Of a stretch of 64,000 nt of DNA, positions 10,455-20,891 are shown one piece after another. The notes beneath the pieces were generated by a model. The model was not told the origin of the DNA. It was given only the letters and a program-made list of their open reading frames with translations, and made no database searches. Within the stretch, counting starts at the first letter, position 1, and each line of letters starts with the position of its first letter. Source of the DNA: an uncultured delta proteobacterium. GTDB taxonomy: Bacteria; Desulfobacterota; BSN033; UBA1163. Where the stretch lies: contig CAWHBU010000003.1 in the NCBI GenBank assembly GCA_963827685.1, positions 992,001-1,056,000 on the forward strand, read 5' to 3'. The position numbers were made by a program, and so were the translations under genes.

Positions 10455-10975
10455 ATGTTTCAGCCTCAATCCGTCACAACGTTATGTCCCCTGCCCCCAT
10501 TATCTTTTGCTTTATCTAATCCGCATTCGGCAATACTTTTTTCAAACGATTCTCCAATATCTTGAAAATCAATGGCCACAAAGAATCCTTCCATTTGAGG
10601 TTTACATAATTTGCACAGAAGTGTCCGAAACTGGCAATCGCTGGAAGGAATTGATAGGGAAAATTGCAAGTCCTTTTACTGGACTACCCTTCGAAGAAGG
10701 CTGCGAGGTGAGCATTCAGGTCAAAAATCAATAAGGCGACAAGAATAGGTGAAACTACCATTTGTGCCGCATCTGTATTCGAAAAAGGATTCAAAATGTA
10801 TTGAAATGATTAAGAGTTATAAAATTATTTCATCTTCTCTCCTCATCCCACCTTTGATGAATAAACATCACTTTCCCCCCTAAGAAACCAACAAGACCAT
10901 TGAGACCTTAAATAGGATGGCAAGAAAATTGCATTTATCATTGAATATTCTTAAGAATCCAGGAGGAAATGCACA

Positions 10976-12538
10976 GTGGAAGAGGAAATCTTGGAATTGC
11001 CAGTGAGCTTTGAGAAAGAAAAAAAGAAAAATACCAGACTCGCCATAGGCGTTGTGTCCCTTGGAGTTGCGGGTTTCCTTGGCATATATATTTTCTCCTT
11101 TCTGATCATGATCTATTCCCCTGGATGGATCTTTAATCTATTTCCCTTCCCTTCTTTTTCAGAAAGTGTCGTCGGTTTTAAAGGGAATCTGTTCCTATTT
11201 TCCAAATCAATTAAATTCAAAGGAAGAAGCTTTGAAAATCCTCCCGAAGAAAAAATGACGCTGAAAGTATTCGATGGCAAATCCGTATCAGAACCCCAAG
11301 AGATCAAAAACTTCGCCTCTCTTTATCCCACTGAAGATAAGATTTATTTTTTTGATAAAGGAATTTATAGGACTTTTGACGGAAAGAATTGGGAGGTTTT
11401 CAAAAACCCGGCCATCGGGAATACTCCCAAGGGGGCTGTGGGAACGGAGGGGATATATATTTTAAGCACGACGAGAAAAAGACCTGAGCTCAAACTCATT
11501 TCAGGAAACGAGGTAAAAGACATACCTTTCCCTGAAGATGAAATGAAAGAGAAATTGTATGTCTGTTCTTCCAAAATTCTCTGTCTTGGAAACGAACTCT
11601 ATCTCTTCTACAAGAATGATGACGGTCTCTTTTGTTCCAAATATGATGGAAAGAATTGGAGCCAGCCTGACAGGTTTGAAGACGAAGGAAACTACAAAGC
11701 TCTCTTATTTAAAGATGGCATTTTACTTTTTCAAATGGATTATTGTAAACGCCAAAAAATTACTCTAAGAGCTTATGCAAAGAACTCCTGGTCGGAACCA
11801 AAGACGGTCAACGTACCAGGAACATCTCTCCACTTTGATCTCACGCCCGCTGTTTTTGCGGAAAGGCCGATCCTCTATCAGCAAGGATTCTTTTCTGAGA
11901 AGTATTATTCCATAGATGAAGGCCAGGTTTCCGGCCCTTTCAAAATAAGCAGTCCGTTCTTTTTCTCTCTAAGTATATGGAAAATTGTTCTCATTACCAT
12001 TTTACCAGCGGCGATTTACTTCCTTCTGGCTTTTCTTCTCTCCTTCTTCATCGGGAAGTTTAAAATGAAGAGATGGAGAATTGATTCAAAAGAATATGAG
12101 TTTGCCAGCCTCTGGAGACGCTTTCTTGCGAACTATATCGACACCCTTATCCTGATGGCTCCTTTTGCTGCCCCTGCATATTTTCTTTTTAAGGACGATA
12201 CCTTCTTTGACAATCCTTTCAGGTTTTTCGCCCTCTTTCTCTTCTCCATGCTGGGGATGATCTTGGTGGGCTACTTTTACTATTCGCTATTGGAAGGAAT
12301 CTGGGGGAAGACGATTGGAAAAAAGATTTGTGGCATTGTCGTGTTAAAGGACAATTTTACAAAATGCACTATCTCCAAGGGACTTCTAAGAAACCTCCTA
12401 AGGATTGTGGACTTTTTTTTCTATTATCTGGTGGGAGTTGTCTCCGTGGTGGGTACGATGAAATGGCAGAGGCTCGGAGATATTGTGGCAGAGACCATCG
12501 TGGTGAGAGATCATCGAGTCTCCCAAACTTTTTCTTAG
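10976..12538 (+). CDS. RDD family membrane protein with a large extracytoplasmic beta-repeat domain
   Basis: C-terminal ASLWRRFLANYID...GKTIGK...RNLLRIVD...QRLGDIVAETIV; repeated (F/Y)DGKxW motifs. Confidence 0.85.
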   Translation: MEEEILELPVSFEKEKKKNTRLAIGVVSLGVAGFLGIYIFSFLIMIYSPGWIFNLFPFPSFSESVVGFKGNLFLFSKSIKFKGRSFENPPEEKMTLKVFDGKSVSEPQEIKNFASLYPTEDKIYFFDKGIYRTFDGKNWEVFKNPAIGNTPKGAVGTEGIYILSTTRKRPELKLISGNEVKDIPFPEDEMKEKLYVCSSKILCLGNELYLFYKNDDGLFCSKYDGKNWSQPDRFEDEGNYKALLFKDGILLFQMDYCKRQKITLRAYAKNSWSEPKTVNVPGTSLHFDLTPAVFAERPILYQQGFFSEKYYSIDEGQVSGPFKISSPFFFSLSIWKIVLITILPAAIYFLLAFLLSFFIGKFKMKRWRIDSKEYEFASLWRRFLANYIDTLILMAPFAAPAYFLFKDDTFFDNPFRFFALFLFSMLGMILVGYFYYSLLEGIWGKTIGKKICGIVVLKDNFTKCTISKGLLRNLLRIVDFFFYYLVGVVSVVGTMKWQRLGDIVAETIVVRDHRVSQTFS

Positions 12539-12809
12539 CCTTATCCTGCGCGCCCAGAGAACGTACTCAGATATCCATTGTGGTTTAAGCCCCAACCAAA
12601 CTTCCGCCCAGTAACTACTTCCTGAAGTCTTGCTTTTAGAGTTATCCCCGAGAATGCGATATTTCAAATGTAAATCTTCAATCTATGCTTGAAAAAAAGG
12701 AGGCTATTTTCAAGGCGTGGTTATTATTGGATTGACATACATGACCGTTTCCCCTATAGTTCCTTCCATAATAAAGAAGTTCCTATCAAAGTACGTCAAA
12801 GAGGTTTGT

Positions 12810-13610
12810 ATGGGAAACCGCTTACAGGGTAAGGTTGCCATCGTCGCCGGTGCCGGGCAGACACCGGGGGATACAATCGGGAACGGAAGGGCTATGGCTG
12901 TTCTCTTCGCCCGGGAAGGGGCAAAGGTCATGCTCGTTGACCGGCGGTTGGAATCCGCAATGGTAACGGAAGCCATCATCAAAAAAGAAGGTGGTGAAGC
13001 CTTTGCCTTCGAGGCCGACATCACAAAATCAGAGGATTGCCGGGCAATGACCGATGCATGCGTCAACCGATACCATCGAATTGACATCCTCGTAAACAAC
13101 GTGGGAATCGGCAAAGGCGATGCAGGGCCGGTGAAGTTAGCTGAAGAGGACTGGGATAATATATCCAGGGTGAATCTGAAAGGAATGTTTCTCGCCTGCA
13201 AATATGTTCTCCCCGTCATGGAGCAACAGGAGCGCGGTTCCATTATAAACATCTCGTCCGCGGCCGCCGTATGTGCCGTAAGCATGCTGGCATACAAGAC
13301 ATCGAAGGCCGGCGTTAATGCCCTGACACATTCGATTGCCATGGAGTATGCTAAGAAAGGCATTCGTGTCAACGCCATCATGCCCGGCCTCATGAAAACA
13401 CCGATGGCGATTGAAGGCATTTCACAGGCCAGGGGTATCGCCAAGGATGAACTGATCAAGATGAGAGATAAAAGGGTGCCCCTCAAGGGAGGTATGGGTG
13501 ATGCCTGGGATACAGCCTATGCGGCGCTCTTCCTCGCTTCCGACGAAGCCAAGTTCATCACCTCGGTCATCCTTCCGGTTGACGGCGGGCAATGCTCTAA
13601 AATAGGGTGA
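12810..13610 (+). CDS. Short-chain dehydrogenase/reductase
   Basis: LQGKVAIV, GNG, VNNVG, YKTSK, GIRVNAIMPG, VDGG; start at MGNRL after a GAGG RBS. Confidence 0.93.
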   Translation: MGNRLQGKVAIVAGAGQTPGDTIGNGRAMAVLFAREGAKVMLVDRRLESAMVTEAIIKKEGGEAFAFEADITKSEDCRAMTDACVNRYHRIDILVNNVGIGKGDAGPVKLAEEDWDNISRVNLKGMFLACKYVLPVMEQQERGSIINISSAAAVCAVSMLAYKTSKAGVNALTHSIAMEYAKKGIRVNAIMPGLMKTPMAIEGISQARGIAKDELIKMRDKRVPLKGGMGDAWDTAYAALFLASDEAKFITSVILPVDGGQCSKIG

Positions 13611-13645
13611 AACACAAAGCATGCGAAGAGAGGAGATGTGTATTC

Positions 13646-14200
13646 ATGGCAAGAGTATCGATCCCCTCGAAAGACCGGGTCAGTGATGAATTGAAGGATG
13701 TTTTTCAAAACATGGAGCGGCGCGGAGGTCAAGTCCTTAACATATACAAAGTCATGGCACACTGTCCCAGGGTCGGCAGGGAATTTCTACGGCTCGGAAA
13801 CGCCATACTCTTCAACGGGAGCCTCCCTCCAAAGATTAGAGAACTTGCCATTCTCCGGGTTGGCGATCTTGCGGAAGCCACATATGAGTGGACGCAGCAT
13901 GTTCCCATCGGGCTCAAGGCAGGGCTCACAGAGCAGCAGATCAAAACGATGCACCGATGGAAAGATTCACCTCTCTTCAGCGATCAGGAACGGGCGGTTC
14001 TTCAATATACCGATGAGGTAGCACAGAATATCCGCGTCTCGGAAGAAACATTTAGGGCCGTCAGGGATTTTCTCACCGAAGAACAGGTTGTCGAGCTGAC
14101 AACAACCATTGGATATTACGGGATGGTGTCGCGCATCCTTGAAGCGCTTGAAATCGAACTCGAAGAAAACAAACAGCCATTGAAACAAGGGGTCGACTAA
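13646..14200 (+). CDS. Carboxymuconolactone decarboxylase / AhpD-like family protein
   Basis: RELAILRV, YEWTQH, ERAVLQYTD, VELTTTIGYY; AGGAG RBS. Confidence 0.88.
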   Translation: MARVSIPSKDRVSDELKDVFQNMERRGGQVLNIYKVMAHCPRVGREFLRLGNAILFNGSLPPKIRELAILRVGDLAEATYEWTQHVPIGLKAGLTEQQIKTMHRWKDSPLFSDQERAVLQYTDEVAQNIRVSEETFRAVRDFLTEEQVVELTTTIGYYGMVSRILEALEIELEENKQPLKQGVD

Positions 14201-14488
14201 CGGGCAGGTCTCGACAATCAACAAAGCTTTGTCAAAATTTGCGACCAGACCCCGTTACCATTCTACATTGTCGCGCATGCAGGGACGTGCTCAGGGAGTA
14301 GTTAGGTTTGTTAAATAAGTGCCGTTTGCAAGCAACCCTGGACTTCACAGAATAATTTAAAAATACTTAACCACCCCTTCAAGGCTATTCATACCTTTAC
14401 CATATCTTGACTTTCCTGTAGCGATAAATTATTTCTTAAAGAGGGTCAGAAATCCTATCAATGAATCAGAACGAAGGAGAATAACACT

Positions 14489-15049
14489 ATGAAGGTTGTT
14501 GCGTTTAATGGCAGCCCCAGGAAGGACGGCAATACGACCATCCTCATTAACCACGTCTTCCGTGAACTTGAAAAAGAAGGAGTTGAAACAGAATTAGTGC
14601 AGCTTTCGGGAAAGAAAATTCATGGTTGTATTGCCTGTTACAAATGCTTTGAAAATAAGGATCAACGCTGCGCTGTGAAAGACGACATTGCCAATGAGTG
14701 CATTGAAAAGATGATTAAGGCAGAGGGCATTATCTTGGGTTCGCCTGTCTATTTTACCGATGTGACAGCTGAAATGAAGGCCCTCATTGATCGTGCTGGG
14801 TTTGTATCGATGGCCAATGGTGGAATGTATAAAAACAAGGTTGGCGCTGCTGTGGTCGCGGTGCGTCGTTCCGGGGCTATACATACCCTTGATACGATGA
14901 GTCACTTTTTTCTTGCCGGGCAAATGATCATCATTGGCAGAGGGATTGGTGTTGGAAGAGATAAGGGGGAAGTGGAAAAGGATGAAGAAGGTATGCAGGC
15001 CGTAAAAGCGCTTGGACAAAGGATGGCCTGGTTGCTTAAAAAACTATAA
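14489..15049 (+). CDS. Iron-sulfur flavoprotein / flavodoxin family protein
   Basis: NGSPRKDGNT, CxxCxxC...C, GSPVYF, KALIDR. Confidence 0.93.
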   Translation: MKVVAFNGSPRKDGNTTILINHVFRELEKEGVETELVQLSGKKIHGCIACYKCFENKDQRCAVKDDIANECIEKMIKAEGIILGSPVYFTDVTAEMKALIDRAGFVSMANGGMYKNKVGAAVVAVRRSGAIHTLDTMSHFFLAGQMIIIGRGIGVGRDKGEVEKDEEGMQAVKALGQRMAWLLKKL

Positions 15050-15283
15050 CGAAGGAAAATTAGTTAACGATTAATTTGAAAAAAAGCAGACGTTTGAAGA
15101 TTGGGTTCGTCAACTTCTTCGGTTGAATAATTTCCATAAAATATGTATATTCTAACCAACAATCTATAGGATGGAGACGAAGATATTTTTTCGGTCGATG
15201 GAGACAAGGCTGATTATCCGTTTATCCGACACAACCATCGGCTTCCGGCCAGTATTCAGCTAACGTCAGCATTAGGAGCATCT

Positions 15284-16234
15284 ATGCGTATACTCATCGT
15301 CATTTTGCTTGCAACGGCGTTTGCCACGCCACTGTCTCTGAATGCTGAACAGAGAGAAGGTCTCGGAATGTGGGTATGGTCAAATTCGTCCTTCTCAACA
15401 CAGGAAGCGAGGCAACAACTTGTTCAATTCTGTGTCAAGCACCATGTCATACATCTCGATGTCCACATTAGAATGACACACGATAGCAGCAAGCCAATCT
15501 TGAAAGATGCGGAGGCTTTTGAGGACCTCATCGCGTTGGCCGGGCAACACAACATCACAACAGCCGCCCTTCGTGGCAGTCCGAAGATGTTCTTCTCCAA
15601 GAACCATGAGCGGACGCTACAAGAATTGCGGGCCATCGTTGCTTTTAGCGAAACGCTGCCCCAGGACACTTTATTCAAAGGAATAAAGTACGATGTTGAA
15701 CCCTATTGTACAAAAGAATGGAAGGCTGGAAGGACGCCCCTTTACCCGATGATGCATGACTACCTTACTTTCCTCCGCAAGGCACGATCCTTTTTGGATA
15801 AAGAAGCACCTCACCTCTGGCTCGCGGCAGATACGCCATTTTGGTGGGACAAAGACAGGTTTGCCCTGGAGTTCGACGGAAAAAGAAAACGGTTCAATGA
15901 GCATGTACAGGATCTGACGGACTTCATCACTATTATGTCATATCGGCGTTCCTCTCGGAAGGTTTTAGACTGCGTGGAAGATGAACGGAGGTATGCACAG
16001 CGGATAAAGAAGGTTATTTTCCCGTCACTCGAGACGGGTAAGCTAACGCGAGATCCGCACATTAGCTTCTGGGGGGCACCCAACGAAGAGTTTTGGAAGG
16101 TTCTTCCCGAGTTGCTGGAGGCAGGAAAACGAGACCCGGCAATTGGCGGAGTCATGATTCATTCTTATTGTAGCCTTTTCGAAAAAATCAACCAGGACAC
16201 TCCTTATAAACCGGGGCAAGTGACGCCCGAATAG
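15284..16234 (+). CDS. Exported hypothetical protein, glycoside-hydrolase-like TIM barrel
   Basis: Signal peptide, MWVW, GIKYDVEPY, DTPFWWD, IMSYR, SLET, IHSY. Confidence 0.65.
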   Translation: MRILIVILLATAFATPLSLNAEQREGLGMWVWSNSSFSTQEARQQLVQFCVKHHVIHLDVHIRMTHDSSKPILKDAEAFEDLIALAGQHNITTAALRGSPKMFFSKNHERTLQELRAIVAFSETLPQDTLFKGIKYDVEPYCTKEWKAGRTPLYPMMHDYLTFLRKARSFLDKEAPHLWLAADTPFWWDKDRFALEFDGKRKRFNEHVQDLTDFITIMSYRRSSRKVLDCVEDERRYAQRIKKVIFPSLETGKLTRDPHISFWGAPNEEFWKVLPELLEAGKRDPAIGGVMIHSYCSLFEKINQDTPYKPGQVTPE

Positions 16235-16339
16235 TCTTCACCCAAAGACATTTTTACAGATGCAAGCGCCAAAGACAACGGTTTGGGGTCAGCCCTTGCT
16301 GCCGCGAAACCTGGACACAAGCAGAGCTCTTTACGTCTC

Positions 16340-17749
16340 TTATCGGGTCATCCACGATCTCGACCGCACTGTGAGGATGGCGTAAGGAAATATCCAGAGT
16401 AAAGTAAAGAAAGAAAAAAAGGCATAGAAAATGCCATAAAGAAAGTCCCAGGACTTTTCTCGCAGGAGATAGTACAACATATTCAGGAATGACATCATTC
16501 CCATAGCAAAGAGAAACCGTATGATCGTCATCGGATCATGAAACGATAGGATCACAAGCAGAGATAAGCTCACGTACCCGATAGGATACCGAATATTCGT
16601 TACGAATTTATCCAGGAGTGCGATCGCGAGAGCCGGGGGGGGTCTCTTCCATATGATCCGCGTTAAGCGGATTTCCTCACGGACGTAGCTTCTATCCCAA
16701 CGGAGGTACATCTTGCATAATTTCCTGTACGTCCACGGAACAATAGTACGCACTACAGCAGAACGCTGGTAAACAGTATTGTATCCTCGGTCCAGAATGT
16801 AGTTTGTCAATGCACGATCCTCGCCGTAGGTACACTGCCTTCCGAGAAATGTCTGCCCCATCCACTGGTCTAACACCTTATACACCACTGATCGGCGGTA
16901 TCCCGCGAGAGCACCTGGACAACAGTAGACGGTTCCGTAGGATGACTGGACGGCACGCAGAAAGTCGAATGACAAGACATATCTCACATGAAGCATCTTT
17001 GGGATGAGCCCCTGGTTTCTGTTATAGGCGATTACCTTTCCCGCGACCGCGCCCACCTTGGGATCACGGAAGGGCCCCACTATAGCAAGCAGGGTACCCG
17101 GGCCGATCACGCTATCAGAATCAATCGTTACGACTATGTCACCGCGTGCCCGTCGAAATCCCGCCTCGAGCGCTGCACGCTTCCCCCGGTTCACCGAAAA
17201 CTTTAGAGGTGTCACGATATCGGGGTAATTTTTAGCTGCAGCCTGGATATGGAGCCACGTGTCGTCCTTGCTGCCATCATCCACAACAAAAATCTCCAAA
17301 CGATCATGTGGATACAAGGCCGCCGCCACGGAATCAATCGATTTTCTTACCATCCGTCCTTCATTGTAGGCCGGAATAATGACTGTCAGCGATGGGGCAT
17401 CGCCCATATCGGCCGAAGGAAAGGGCCGATATCCAAACCAGGCTATGCTGCGGAAGACGAGAAGTACAATACCCATCATGCCCCACCACAGGCTGGGACG
17501 CACAACTAACTTGGACCAATGAGCCGCCTTAGCAGCCTGGAAGAGGGGTTGAAAGAGACGACCCGTAAAGGTCATGTAGACAACCAGTGCGAGGCCAATG
17601 ATAATCAATAACCTAATGATCCACTCTGCGATTTCGGGAGCCGATTCGGCAGCGACAAACTCCTTAACCGCCGGTGCCGATACGATCTCGCTTCCCCAAA
17701 TATCTTCCTGAGTATCATTAAGAAAATCTACCTGTTGCATTGTTAACAA
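16340..17749 (-). CDS. Processive GT2 glycosyltransferase (hyaluronan synthase/NodC-like)
   Basis: VDDGSKD, GKR, TIDSDS, CCPG, GEDRALT, MYLRW, N- and C-terminal TM helices; start uncertain. Confidence 0.88.
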   Translation of the reverse strand: MLTMQQVDFLNDTQEDIWGSEIVSAPAVKEFVAAESAPEIAEWIIRLLIIIGLALVVYMTFTGRLFQPLFQAAKAAHWSKLVVRPSLWWGMMGIVLLVFRSIAWFGYRPFPSADMGDAPSLTVIIPAYNEGRMVRKSIDSVAAALYPHDRLEIFVVDDGSKDDTWLHIQAAAKNYPDIVTPLKFSVNRGKRAALEAGFRRARGDIVVTIDSDSVIGPGTLLAIVGPFRDPKVGAVAGKVIAYNRNQGLIPKMLHVRYVLSFDFLRAVQSSYGTVYCCPGALAGYRRSVVYKVLDQWMGQTFLGRQCTYGEDRALTNYILDRGYNTVYQRSAVVRTIVPWTYRKLCKMYLRWDRSYVREEIRLTRIIWKRPPPALAIALLDKFVTNIRYPIGYVSLSLLVILSFHDPMTIIRFLFAMGMMSFLNMLYYLLREKSWDFLYGIFYAFFSFFTLLWIFPYAILTVRSRSWMTR

Positions 17750-17862
17750 ATGTAACTGATGATAACGTTAAATTCAAATTCTTGGGGAACTATTTTGGAG
17801 CTACGGCGGACCATTGCAAAATCGATGACGTTGCTGCTTAGGCACAAAGATGCGGTGGTGGC

Positions 17863-17900
17863 GGTGGTGGGGTCAAAGCTAGGTGGTGGGGTCAAAGCTA
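17863..17900. repeat. 19-bp perfect tandem duplication GGTGGTGGGGTCAAAGCTA
   Basis: Two adjacent identical copies. Confidence 0.85.
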
Positions 17901-18170
17901 CATTATACAGTTCACTTGGATGAAGGCATGTTGCCAGTTAAGTTTGTTAAATAAGTAGGTTTACAAGCGACCCTGGATTTCACAAATTCAAAGGCTTTAA
18001 GCTCCTCAGACCTCCATTGTGGATTGAGCCCCCGACCAAACCTCCGCCTAAGAACTACTTCCTGCAACTTTCACTTCCAAAATCTTCAAAAACGATGTAT
18101 ATTACACCCATAGATGGCTAATGGACTATGCTCCAGGTTCAATCAAATATAACACTAATAAAGGTATATC

Positions 18171-19148
18171 ATGCCTGAAGCAAAGATCAATGAGACATGC
18201 ATCATTGGCCTTCCAACATGTGGCTATGCATTCAGTAGTGCCCGTATGGCGTTTGTCGCTACACCAGCGGACGAAGAATTCTCGCTAGAATTGCAAATCC
18301 TACAGACTTTATTGCAAGAAAAAGACTATGAAGCCTACATTGCACTACAAAGGCTAGATCCTGCGAAGTTGGCATTCTGCACGAAAATATGCTCGAAGAT
18401 AATCACAAGCCAATTCTGCATCGTACTCCTCAATCAATCGTCACATCGGGAGCACCCTGAGATAAAGATACCAAATCCGAACGTACACTTGGAATATGGC
18501 GTGATGATGGCTTTCAAAAAGTACATTATTCCCTTTCAACGCGAGGGGGAAGCATTAGCCTTCAATATCCAACCATTGGACACGATTCTATACTCCAAAG
18601 GAAAGTTTAAAGCTTTGGCGGATCGTGCAATCGACGACGCTATAATTCGTGCTGGAACCACCGCACGCCCCACTCGTGCTCTTCCGTCGAGTGATATCTT
18701 GCTTAAGTACATATCTGTACGGGGTCTCAGGGTTACCCAGCTCAATTCCAATGAAGCAAATTACTTATTCAACTTAGGCAACCCATTAGGGTTTCTCCTT
18801 TTGGACGGTCAGGATATTGTTTACCTTGGAATGTTCGATCTAGAGCCAGCTAAGGAGGTCGTTTTTCGTCTTAAGCTTCTGCTCCAAACACTTGACCAAC
18901 AGAAGCATCAATTCGACACGGTCCTCTCTAAGCGAATGTCGCCGGAACAAGTTGAGTATATAAATGCTACCTGGAAAAGGCTCGGTGTTGAAGTCATTTT
19001 GTCTGAGGAAATTGATAAAGAGAAAGTCAGGGAGAAAGTCGAGGCACTCACCACCAGTTTCAATAACAAAGTCCCTTGGAAATTACTCTATCATAGGGAT
19101 ATATCTTCAATCATCGAGGTAGAATATTCTAACATCGGTGAAATTTGA
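18171..19148 (+). CDS. Nucleoside-deoxyribosyltransferase/TIR-like domain protein
   Basis: AFVATP...ICSKI..SQFCIV...NPNVHLEYG...KKYIIP...FNIQ signature; unknown C-terminal half. Confidence 0.7.
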   Translation: MPEAKINETCIIGLPTCGYAFSSARMAFVATPADEEFSLELQILQTLLQEKDYEAYIALQRLDPAKLAFCTKICSKIITSQFCIVLLNQSSHREHPEIKIPNPNVHLEYGVMMAFKKYIIPFQREGEALAFNIQPLDTILYSKGKFKALADRAIDDAIIRAGTTARPTRALPSSDILLKYISVRGLRVTQLNSNEANYLFNLGNPLGFLLLDGQDIVYLGMFDLEPAKEVVFRLKLLLQTLDQQKHQFDTVLSKRMSPEQVEYINATWKRLGVEVILSEEIDKEKVREKVEALTTSFNNKVPWKLLYHRDISSIIEVEYSNIGEI

Positions 19149-19440
19149 ACCAAGCGTATCATTTTAATTAACAAAGAGGCCAAACTGACTCGTCCATACA
19201 TGGGTACGAGCTTACGCCCGCATTCTGCTCACATTCAACTCGTAATCTTCAACCACACGCCCTATGTGGAATTGCAGATAAGTAGGTTTAACAAGTAATC
19301 CCCTTTTCAAGGCTTCCTTCCTGAAATCTTGTTTTTTGTTTTCCACCCTTCTATGCAACATTTCAATCGTAAATCAGCAAGGGGAGTTAAGTTCCTGGGG
19401 GAATTTTTTCTCTGTCCCCAATTCAAACTCTAATTTCTCA

Positions 19441-19469
19441 TTGACACCCTATTTGATTATTTATAAAAT
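19441..19469 (+). promoter_or_regulatory. Sigma70 promoter of the XRE gene
   Basis: TTGACA-17 nt-TAAAAT. Confidence 0.6.
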
Positions 19470-19544
19470 CAAATCGAAATTGGAGCCGTCCTTTATTAAC
19501 CCTTAATATAGATAAAACCCAAGTCTAAACGATAGGAGGGATTC

Positions 19545-19991
19545 ATGGGCAAGTTGGAAGCGACTATCAAATCTGAAATTGTACGTTTGGCAAAAAGGGA
19601 GATGCATAAGACCTTAGTTCCATTGGGTCGGGATGTGCGGTTATTGAAGAGCACGGTCTCCCAACTTCGCAAAACAGTCTTGGCATTAGAACGATTAGCA
19701 GCCCAACAGCAAAAGGAGTTGAAAAAGAGAAAGGTACCATTGGAGGCGACTCCGGAAGAGGTTAAAAAATCCCGCTTCTCCCCAGCCCTAATCCGAAGCC
19801 TCCGGAGACACTTACGGATCACTCAGAAGGAACTGGCCATTCTTACAGGTGTCACCGTCGGGGCAGCTCATCAGTGGGAGATAGGGAAGTTTAAACCAAA
19901 GGATAAAAAGAAATCAGTAATGGTGGGGCTCCGAAAGCTTGGTCGCCGTGATGTGAGAAAACTCCTCGACGAAAAGACTACTCTCAGGTAG
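19545..19991 (+). CDS. XRE-family HTH protein with an N-terminal coiled coil
   Basis: IRSLRRHLRITQKELAILTGVTVGAAHQWEIGKFKP; AGGAGG RBS. Confidence 0.85.
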   Translation: MGKLEATIKSEIVRLAKREMHKTLVPLGRDVRLLKSTVSQLRKTVLALERLAAQQQKELKKRKVPLEATPEEVKKSRFSPALIRSLRRHLRITQKELAILTGVTVGAAHQWEIGKFKPKDKKKSVMVGLRKLGRRDVRKLLDEKTTLR

Positions 19992-20097
19992 TTCAACAAG
20001 AAGCCCTTACCCGACTACTCGTGGAGAAAGGGATATTTACCAAGGAGGAGTTTTTGGAGATGGTGAGGATGGTAAATGAAGATGAAGAGGAAAAAGG
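19983..20097 (+). repeat. Junction repeat copy 1 (decayed small ORF, QQEALTRLLVEKGIFTKEEFLEMV)
   Basis: Homologous to 20892-21030; shared core ACCAAGGAGGAGTTTTT-GAGATGG. Confidence 0.7.
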
Positions 20098-20129
20098 AAA
20101 GGGACAGAATAGGAAGGAGGTATGTGATT

Positions 20130-20546
20130 ATGAAGTCTCTATTAATAAGTGTTTTAATGGGTGTAGCCGTTTTGTTAGGGATTTTTTCGTGTGCCACAGT
20201 GCCAACCGAACCTCTCGGTTCGGGCGAGCTAAGATTATTAGGTATGCAAGTTCCGGCAAGTGGGAATCTGGTATTGGGCCTCTCTTATAACATTTATTTT
20301 ACTTTTGAGGCGGACGGTAAGCCAGAGATGAGCAGAGCCTGTTGCTACTGGACAGGTGAACCGGATCGTCAGTACTGTTATAAGGTAAAGGATGTAACAT
20401 ATGGATCGCCAGGGAATTTCTGCATCGACCTTTCCCCTCCTTACCCTGATCAACAAAGATTGAGATGTTATGTGGATTATGTCCGTGACGGGAAAAGGCA
20501 ACGGACTAATGCTGTAACCTCTCTTGTCACTGGTGTTTCATTCTGA
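20130..20546 (+). CDS. Putative lipoprotein
   Basis: MKSLLISVLMGVAVLLGIFSC lipobox-like signal; AGGAGG RBS. Confidence 0.75.
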   Translation: MKSLLISVLMGVAVLLGIFSCATVPTEPLGSGELRLLGMQVPASGNLVLGLSYNIYFTFEADGKPEMSRACCYWTGEPDRQYCYKVKDVTYGSPGNFCIDLSPPYPDQQRLRCYVDYVRDGKRQRTNAVTSLVTGVSF

Positions 20547-20606
20547 GGAGTGCTCCTAACCCTAACCAATTTCAACACAAAGATAACCCATCAAAGAAGG
20601 ATATGA

Positions 20607-20891
20607 ATGAAAAGAATGATAATTTTCTTAATCGTTTCTTTCTTTGTGTTTTTTTTCAATGGACTCCTCTTCGCCAAGGATGATTATTCGGGAGACCTTT
20701 CTACACCGGAAGTTGTTTTGGACGTTCTTTTGGTTAGACCGCAGGGATTCATGCAAATACCCTTAGGAGCAGTGGCCTTCGTGATCTCCCTTCCAGTTAT
20801 CATCCCTCTTAAAAAGACGGATGAGGCGAAAGAATTCCTGATTACGTATCCTTACTATTATTATTTTAAAAGGCCTCTCGGAGAGATGTAG
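20607..20891 (+). CDS. Small exported/membrane hypothetical protein
   Basis: Signal peptide, DVLLVRPQG, hydrophobic segment, FKRPLG. Confidence 0.75.
   Translation: MKRMIIFLIVSFFVFFFNGLLFAKDDYSGDLSTPEVVLDVLLVRPQGFMQIPLGAVAFVISLPVIIPLKKTDEAKEFLITYPYYYYFKRPLGEM

Noticed and set aside
15150-15272. Possible attC before the hydrolase-like gene (TTCTAAC...AACGTCAGC)
   Set aside because: R' is imperfect and no convincing L-box pairing could be built.
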